From Eledone cirrhosa (lineage: Eukaryota): a DNA stretch of 64,000 nt. Made by a program: the position numbers and the translations under genes. Positions within the stretch are counted from its first letter, which is position 1; the number at the start of each line of letters is the position of its first letter. Where the stretch lies: NCBI GenBank assembly GCA_964016885.1, contig OZ024743.1:270444001-270508000 (forward strand), given 5' to 3'. Positions 56,821 through 64,000 of this stretch are shown here, piece after piece. The notes under the pieces are model-generated. The model was not told where the DNA came from. It worked only from the letters and a program-made list of their open reading frames with translations, and made no database searches.

Positions 56821-57390
56821 GTACAACCTGTCCCATGGTCGGGTCGTTGGCGACTAAACTGGCAACCCCACCAAGGTTTCTTGATGAGGAGGGTGACTTT
56901 GGACATCCTGCAGGACTAAAAACAAAACCTGTCAAAGGCCAAAGGAGCTCTTAAGAGTCAATGGCCATCCAAAATCACCGGGAGAGATGACCCCTTAACC
57001 TTTGTTAAGGCAGAATTCTAGGAGAAGGAAAACTCTGATATAACACCTGCAACCCTGATGGTATCCAATGATGTTGACTTGTTCTTCTTTTTGGTAAATA
57101 TCATCTTGGTTAAGAGAGTGGGACTGGCTTTGTGCAGTGCCTTTGCTCACTATAAAAGCTTCACGGCACAGGCATTGCTTTAGATCTGGAGATCTCTCTG
57201 CACTTGTCGTCACATGGTACCATGGGCCCAGCACTATGTGTCAATAATTGTCACAAGTGTAGTGTTTGTACCAGAGTTTTCAAGTCGCTGGCTGGACTAA
57301 AAAGTCACACTCGTTCAGCGCATCGGTAGGGGTTCTCCTACATGGATATAAAGTAGTGGCCGTACTCGAAAACGAGTTGGCAGCCACCAT
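56821..57390 (+). mobile_element. Bipartite non-autonomous RTE/BovB-derived element, copy 1
   Basis: RTE 5'UTR-like CTAGGAGAAGGAAAACTCTGA joined to ORF end CSVCTRVFKSLAGLKSHTRSAHR* (C2H2), (ATGT)n tail. Confidence 0.75.
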
Positions 57391-57423
57391 GTATGTTTGT
57401 ATGTACGTATGTATATATGTATG

Positions 57424-58070
57424 TTCTTCTGGTTTTATAATTTCACAAAGTTTTACCAATAGAGAGAGAGTCGGTTTCTAACATAGACACAAGACTCTCT
57501 CATTGGAATTTACACAACATCAACTAGGTAGATATGTATGTATGCATGCATGTGTAGATATGGATGTTATTGTATGTGTGGATGTGGATATTTTGAGTTG
57601 TATGTGTACATGTGTGTATGCTTTGTATCTATACATGTGTATATGCAGTTATTAGATGCAAAATGTTTGGAATGTTTTACATATTTTTAATGTTCCATTA
57701 ATGGATTGTCCTTGTAATTTCCTAACTAGTTGTGTTCTTTCTGTTCCTGTGAAGCCTAGCTTCTCAAGATTTGTATTGAGGCAGTTACTAACATATCCCA
57801 GTGCTCCAATAATCACAGGCATAAATCTGAAGGTGTAATCAGGGTGGAGTATCTGCAGATTTCTCATCAGTTCTGCATATTCTCCTTCATCAGTTCTGCA
57901 TAAATATTCTCCTTCAATGTATGTATGTATGTATGTATGTTCTTCTGGTTTTATAATTTCACAAAGTTTACCAATGCTTTGTATCTGTACATGTGTATAT
58001 GCAATTATTAGATGCAACATTTTTGGAATGTTTTACATATTTTTACTGTTCCATTAATGGATTGTACTTG
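57424..58070 (-). mobile_element. Two 5'-truncated R4/Dong-like LINE 3' ends (57424-57916, 57940-58070)
   Basis: YAELMRNLQILHPDYTFRFMPVIIGALGYV...LEKLG...LQGQSINGTLKICKTF resembles the C-terminus of the R4-clade restriction-like endonuclease; both embedded in (TATG)n. Confidence 0.8.
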
Positions 58071-58110
58071 TATGTATGTATGTATGTATGAATGTATGTA
58101 TGTATGTATG

Positions 58111-58711
58111 TGCCAGTTTAGTCGCCAACGACCCGACCATGAGACAGGTTGTACTGGGATACATGTTACCAGTAGCACCAACTGGTGACCTGACAAGGTT
58201 TCTTGGTGAAGAGGGTGACTTTGGACATCCTGCAGGACTAAAAACAAAACCTGTCAAAGGGCAAAGGCGCTCTTAAGAGTCAATGGCCATCCAAAATCAC
58301 CGGGAGAGACGACCCCTTAGCATTTGTCAAGGCAGAATTCTAGGAGAAGGAAAACTCTGATATAACACCTGCAACTCTGATGGTATCCAATGATGTTGAC
58401 TTGTTCTTCTTTTTGGTAAATATCATCTTGGTTAAGAGAGTGGGACTGGCTTTGTGCAGTGCCTTTGCTCACTATAAAAGCTTCACGGCACAGGCATTAC
58501 TTTATATCTGGAGATCTCTCTGCACTTGTCGTCACATGGTACCATGGTCCCAGCACTATGTGTCAATAATTGTCACAAGTGTAGGGTCTGTACCAGAGTT
58601 TTCAAGTCGCTGGCTGGACTAAAAAGTCACACTCGTTCAGCGCAACGGTAGGAGTTCTCCTACATGGATATAAAGTAGTGGCCGTACTCGAAAACGAGTT
58701 GGCAGCCACCA
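58111..58711 (+). mobile_element. Bipartite RTE-derived element, copy 2, with inverted 5' segment
   Basis: High identity to copy 1; 58111-58154 is the reverse complement of 56821-56864. Confidence 0.8.
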
Positions 58712-59139
58712 TGTATGTATGTATGTATGTATATGCACAGCACAGTGTGTATGAGAAGAGATAAGATAAATATACGATATAAGCTGTGAAAACAAGGAAC
58801 AGTAAACATGCTTTCTATTATTCCCCTAATTCAGAAAAATATACCAGAGATTGTGCTTACGCTTTTCACGGATTTTTGTCAATTTATCAGAAGACAGCTT
58901 CACTCATTATTTCGCCTACAGAGGGAACATATAGCAATAGCTATTTTCGTCAAACACAGCGATGAATCTAACTGCAATGGCTAGTCTCATTTGCATGACG
59001 TGCATTCCTTTTAATTATTTGAATAATTAATTAAATAATAACAGCTATTGGTTCATTTATATGCTGTTTCTATTTTCTGTCTCTTCTCCCGCTAACTACA
59101 TTTCCTGTCACTGAATAAGTCTGAGTGAATGAGACAGGG

Positions 59140-59359
59140 GATAGCAAGGAAGGAGGGGGGTAATGAGTGGGAGTGAGAGGTGAAGAGTGAGGAGGATTGA
59201 AAGAGAAGGGAAGAGGTGAAGAGATAGGAGGAGTGAGACGAAGAGATGAAATGGGAGGGTGTTGAAGGGAGGATGCGGATAGAGAGGTAAACAGAGACGG
59301 GACTAAGGGAGAGGGAGGGGGAGAGAAACAGGCATAAAAAGAGGTGGAGGGATGGGGAC

Positions 59360-59403
<44 letters not shown>

Positions 59404-59515
59404 GGGAGAGTGGGAGAGGGAGTAACAATTAGAGACTATGATATCAAGAAACGAAAAGAGAGAAAGACAGAGAAAGATAAATAGATAGATAGATAGATAG
59501 ATAGATAGACAGATG

Positions 59516-59573
<58 letters not shown>

Positions 59574-59576
59574 GAG

Positions 59577-59627
<51 letters not shown>

Positions 59628-60960
59628 GGAGAGAATGAAAGGCTGTAAAATACGAGAAAGAGTAAGGGAACGAGGAGTAGAGCGAGAGAAAAAGTCGGGG
59701 AAAGTAAAATGAAATAAAGAATGAAAACTCTCAAAAACAAACCAAAAACATAATAATAATAATAATAATAATAATGATAAGACAAATAGGGAGAAATACA
59801 GAGGAGTGAGAAAGAGAGAGAGAGAGTGAAATCGTAAAATCACAAAGAGAGAAAGAGAGATACTGTAAAAGAGAAAGTGGGAGAGGAGAGATTGAAATGT
59901 TAGTAGGGGAGTGTTTAAAAGGAGGAGAAAGAGAGAAAACTACTAGTAGGCTAGTAGGAGAAGTATTTAAGAGAGATAAAGATAGATGGATAGAGAGAGG
60001 AGGAGGGGGAGGAGAGGGGGAGAGGGGGAGCAGGAGGAGAGAGAAAAATGTTAGCAGGAGAAGTGTTTAAGAGAGATAGAGATAGATGGATAGAGAGAGG
60101 AGGGGGAGAAATGTTAATTGGAGGAGTGTTAGTAGGAGAGAAAGAGATAGATGGATATATAGATAGAGAGAAAGTGAAGGTGAGATAGATAGATGGATAG
60201 AGAGAGAGAGGGTGAGAAAGAGAAGGAGAGAGAGAAGCTAATAGGGGAAGAGAGTTTCAAGTCAGGAAGCGGAACTAAAGGCAATAAAATTGTCACTCAA
60301 CTGTGTTACACTTGACAACTATGTAACGTCAGTGAAGCGTGTCTGATACACATGACAGGGGAAGTGTCATAACTAGATTTACTGTGTCACATGACACTGG
60401 AGACACTAATGATTGCTAACGTAGCTATGGTATGGAATGGTATGGAATGGTATGGAATGGAAGGGAAGGGACCTCCGTCGATTGCGACCACGAGTGTTCC
60501 AGTTATTCCATCAACGGACCAGAGTACTCGTGAAATTAACGTGCAAGTGACTAAGCATTCCACAGACACGTGTACCCTTGACGTAAAAAAAAATAAACAA
60601 CACGAAGTAGTAGTCATGCACAGTCGATGTATATCCTCTCTCTCTCTCTTTATCTCAGCTCCCTCTCTTTCCCTGCCCCCCCCCCCTCTCTCTCTCCCTG
60701 CGCCTCTCTCTCTCCCTACCCATCTCTCTCTCCCTGCTCCCTCTCTCTCTCTCTCCCTGTCCCTCTTTCTCTCCCTGCTGCTCTCTCTCCTTCCCTTCCT
60801 CACACAGTTCCACTCTCTCTTTGCCTATCTCTCCCTTCTCTTCATATCTCTCACCTCCGCTCTTCCTTCTTACTCCCCTTCTCTATTCACCCCTCTTAGT
60901 TCCCCTCTTAGCCCCACCCCCCTATCTCTACTTCTCTCTTCATCCTTCCACAGCTTCCCT
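59140..60960. repeat. Purine-rich (GA/GATA) block followed by a pyrimidine-rich block
   Basis: Direct inspection; a family B SINE fragment lies between them at ~60470-60585. Confidence 0.8.
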
Positions 60961-61371
60961 TAAGTTATCTTCTTCACCATTAATTATGGCCATGTACCTA
61001 CGTTTGACGCAGCACGGCCGAATTGTGAAGAAGTTTGTTTTGCTATCATAACGGCGCGGGTTCGTTCACGTTGCAGACATCACGAGTCATTATGTTTTAC
61101 CATAGCTATAGGCTGATCTATGTCTTGTGAGTGAAAATGGATAGACTGAAACTGTTTAGAATCTCATCGTATCGACTGGACACACTCAACGTCGAAACTG
61201 ACGGAAGTCCATTCGATACAGCCACAATTAATGGCAGAGCCGTGAGGCTTGAGGCAGGGAGACTCCTGTTTATTTATTGATTGCACGTGCTGAATACTTG
61301 TTTTAGTTTGATTTTTTCTCTTTTTGTGTTTTTTCGGGGGGGGGGGGGTGACCCTCAGAAAGATGGGCTAA

Positions 61372-61593
61372 ATAATGATTTCTAGTATAGGCGCAAGGCC
61401 AGTAATTTGGGGAGAAGGGAAAGTCGATTAAATCGACCCCAGTACGTTACTGGTGCTTTATTTTATCAACCCCGTAAGGATGAAATGCAAAGCTAACCTC
61501 GGCGAGATTTGAACTCAGACCGTAAAGGGCCATAACTCTATTCTACAAAACATGGTGTCCGACTCTCTGCCGATACTGCCAATCCACCGCCCT
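61372..61593 (-). mobile_element. Family A SINE (long subtype)
   Basis: Reverse complement of complete head, B-box, body and tail. Confidence 0.88.
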
Positions 61594-61847
61594 GTCTTAA
61601 TAATAACAGTGAGAAGCTAGTGAGAGAGGCTTTACGTAGTCGCTACAGCTGCTAAATAGACGAGATGGTCATGGCTGGAATATCTATTATTATAAGTCCA
61701 CTCGATCAGGGCTAAGCCACCAGGCTTGACAGATTGGACTACTTCTCAGTACTTCATACTTCTATTCCCTAATTTGAATTACCTGCTACTTAACATTTTT
61801 ATTTTTTATACGTAAAAATCCTATTGAATAACATTATATTATCAAAT

Positions 61848-61906
<59 letters not shown>

Positions 61907-62108
61907 AAGAGAGTGGGAGAGAGAGAGACAGAAAGAGAGGGAGGAAGGTGGAATTGGAAATAGCACGGAAAATATATTTAAGGACCTGTTTATCTTTTTT
62001 TCTTTTTTTAAATTTAAAATATTTTTAATTTAAAATTAAATGTTGAAAAGGTCTGTCTTATGAAGACTGGGTCTAAAAGGGACCATTATATATAGAGAGA
62101 GGTAGTCA

Positions 62109-62158
<50 letters not shown>

Positions 62159-62488
62159 TTTGTAGTTGTATTTTTTTAACACTTAATTTTAAATTCTAAA
62201 TTTTTTAATTCTTTTTAATTCTTTTTAATTGTAATATTCAACATTTGATAAGATGGTTCACACTGATACATGGAAACCGGTTATATTTCATATATTTCAT
62301 ATATTTCATATATTTCATATATTTCATATACATTATAAAACTCCTTTTTTAAAAAGAATTGTTCCTCTCATTTTTTTCAATAGTGTCACTTTACCGAATC
62401 AAAGAAGAAGAAAAGAAAAAAAAAGAAAAAGACACTTAAATATATTTTCCGTGCTATTTCCAACTCCACCTTTTCTCTATAACCCCTG

Positions 62489-62735
62489 GCTCTACAGGTA
62501 CCATATCCGTATCTCCGGACGAGCCGATTCCACGGACGCGGTCCTTTACGCAGAAGAGAGAACTTTTCCCGGGGCTCCCGGCAACGTCTCCGGGCTCGCT
62601 TGCGTTGCCGCTGCTTCGTCCGACCGCCGGCTTCGATGACGCGACGACGCGTTAAATTCCACCGCCGGACGAGCACTCTCCGAGTTCGGATTCGAGAGTA
62701 TTAACCCGATTCCCTTTCGATGCAAGGCCCGCCGC
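62489..62735 (-). pseudogene. 28S rRNA fragment (D7 region)
   Basis: CGAAAGGGAATCGGGTTAATA...GCGGCAACGCAAGCGAGCCCGGAGACG...GGGAGCCCCGGGAAAAGTTCTCTCTTCT...GGAATCGGCT match the conserved LSU core; GC-rich island with no other rDNA nearby. Confidence 0.88.
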
Positions 62736-62759
62736 ATATATATATAATAGAATGTTGTA

Positions 62760-63699
62760 GTTTGCTTGAAGCATTGTATATAATATATAATGTGGAAAGT
62801 GATATATGGCTAAACAATGCAAAATGGACTGTAAGATGAAGGTAACGAAAAGGTTAGTTACCTGGTAATCTTTGGTTTCAATATTGACTGTTGTATTTTT
62901 GTTGGTGTTTCTGTATTTGTCAATGTGTTTTTTGTATGACATCTACGGCATTCTCAACCATAGATAACATACGATTTGCCATATAACACCCCGATAAAAA
63001 TGGTTACTTGTCCCTGTTGGACTTCCAGGCTAGAATAACAGAAGAAGGTGCTATATAAACCAACTTCTATAGGAAAACCACCAACAGAGACTTGTTTGAA
63101 CATTATAGATCAGCCCTACCCCTTGGTGATAAAACCTGATACATAAGAAATGAACTTACGCGTATACGGAATAAATGCAGCAATACAGAGGACCAGATCA
63201 CTCACACTGCACACTTCATAGATGTACTGAAGACGAACGGATTAAGAACATCCACAGTGAACCGCAAGCATAAGACCTCCTCTAACACCTGCTTCATGAA
63301 AGTACCACACTTCAGCAAAAGCATAACCACAGATATCCGCAAAGAAGACTGGACATACAATTAGCACACTCCTTCCCTAAAAAGCAATCTAGAGTCAACA
63401 ATAACCAATGCTCGCTGACTAATTGTCCTAACCGTGACACAGGTATGAGTCAGCGAACAAATGTGGTTTACCGGATTGAATGCAGCAAATGTAAAGAGTT
63501 TTACATTGGTAGCACGACTTGAGCACTCCACACCCGCATAAAAGAAGACCTCAGCACACACGCAACTTCATTCAAAAAACACATTGATAAATGCAGAAAC
63601 ATCAACAAAAATATAATAGACAGCAATTTAAGAATTAAAGAAGCCTTGCTCATATGTAGACTCACCAACAAATAAATAACAGATGAGAACTCAACACAC

Positions 63700-63700
<1 letters not shown>
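62760..63700 (+). mobile_element. Decayed PLE 3' part (RT thumb + GIY-YIG) with 5' inverted terminal piece
   Basis: GYLSLLDF...FYRK...HYRSALP...NELTRIRNKCS; NVVYRIECSKCKEFYIGST; 62890-62938 is an inverted copy of ~63568-63615. Confidence 0.78.
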
Positions 63701-63746
<46 letters not shown>

Positions 63747-63749
63747 GTA

Positions 63750-63796
<47 letters not shown>

Positions 63797-64000
63797 TATG
63801 CGTGGTATGCGTGGTATGTGCGTGTGTGTATAACAAAATACCGCATGACATTTTGTCCGACGCTCAAACAACGTTAAATTCGGCGAGATTTGAGCTCAGA
63901 ATATGATTTGTTTGTAACCATTTAGATACCGCTTGAACAGTTCTAGTCATCCCCACCACCACCTTCCCAACCGCCCTAACAATCCACCACAACCTTCACT

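Noticed and set aside
62253-62737. GC-rich ORFs of 128, 96 and 63 aa
   Set aside because: Explained by the 28S rRNA fragment

Overview
AT-rich, microsatellite-saturated metazoan DNA. The repeat families look like those of coleoid cephalopods (Octopus-like), which is an inference from recalled SINE/LINE sequences, not a search. No confident host protein-coding gene is present, and almost all listed ORFs are microsatellite translations. The window is mostly transposon remains: many tRNA-derived SINEs, a Tx1-like LINE, a full-length RTE LINE with a ~200-bp target-site duplication, R4/Dong 3' ends, bipartite non-autonomous RTEs, five Helitron copies, a deleted mariner, a hAT MITE and several Penelope-like elements (PLEs). 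The strongest signal is about a dozen type I hammerhead-ribozyme motifs in PLE-type ends. Several lie in fold-back palindromes, and several are followed at a consistent spacing by a second ACTC...GAGT stem and then a (TA)n junction. Also notable are the partitioning of retroelements among different microsatellite targets and a 28S rRNA fragment starting near the protostome hidden break. All coordinates and alignments were read by eye.
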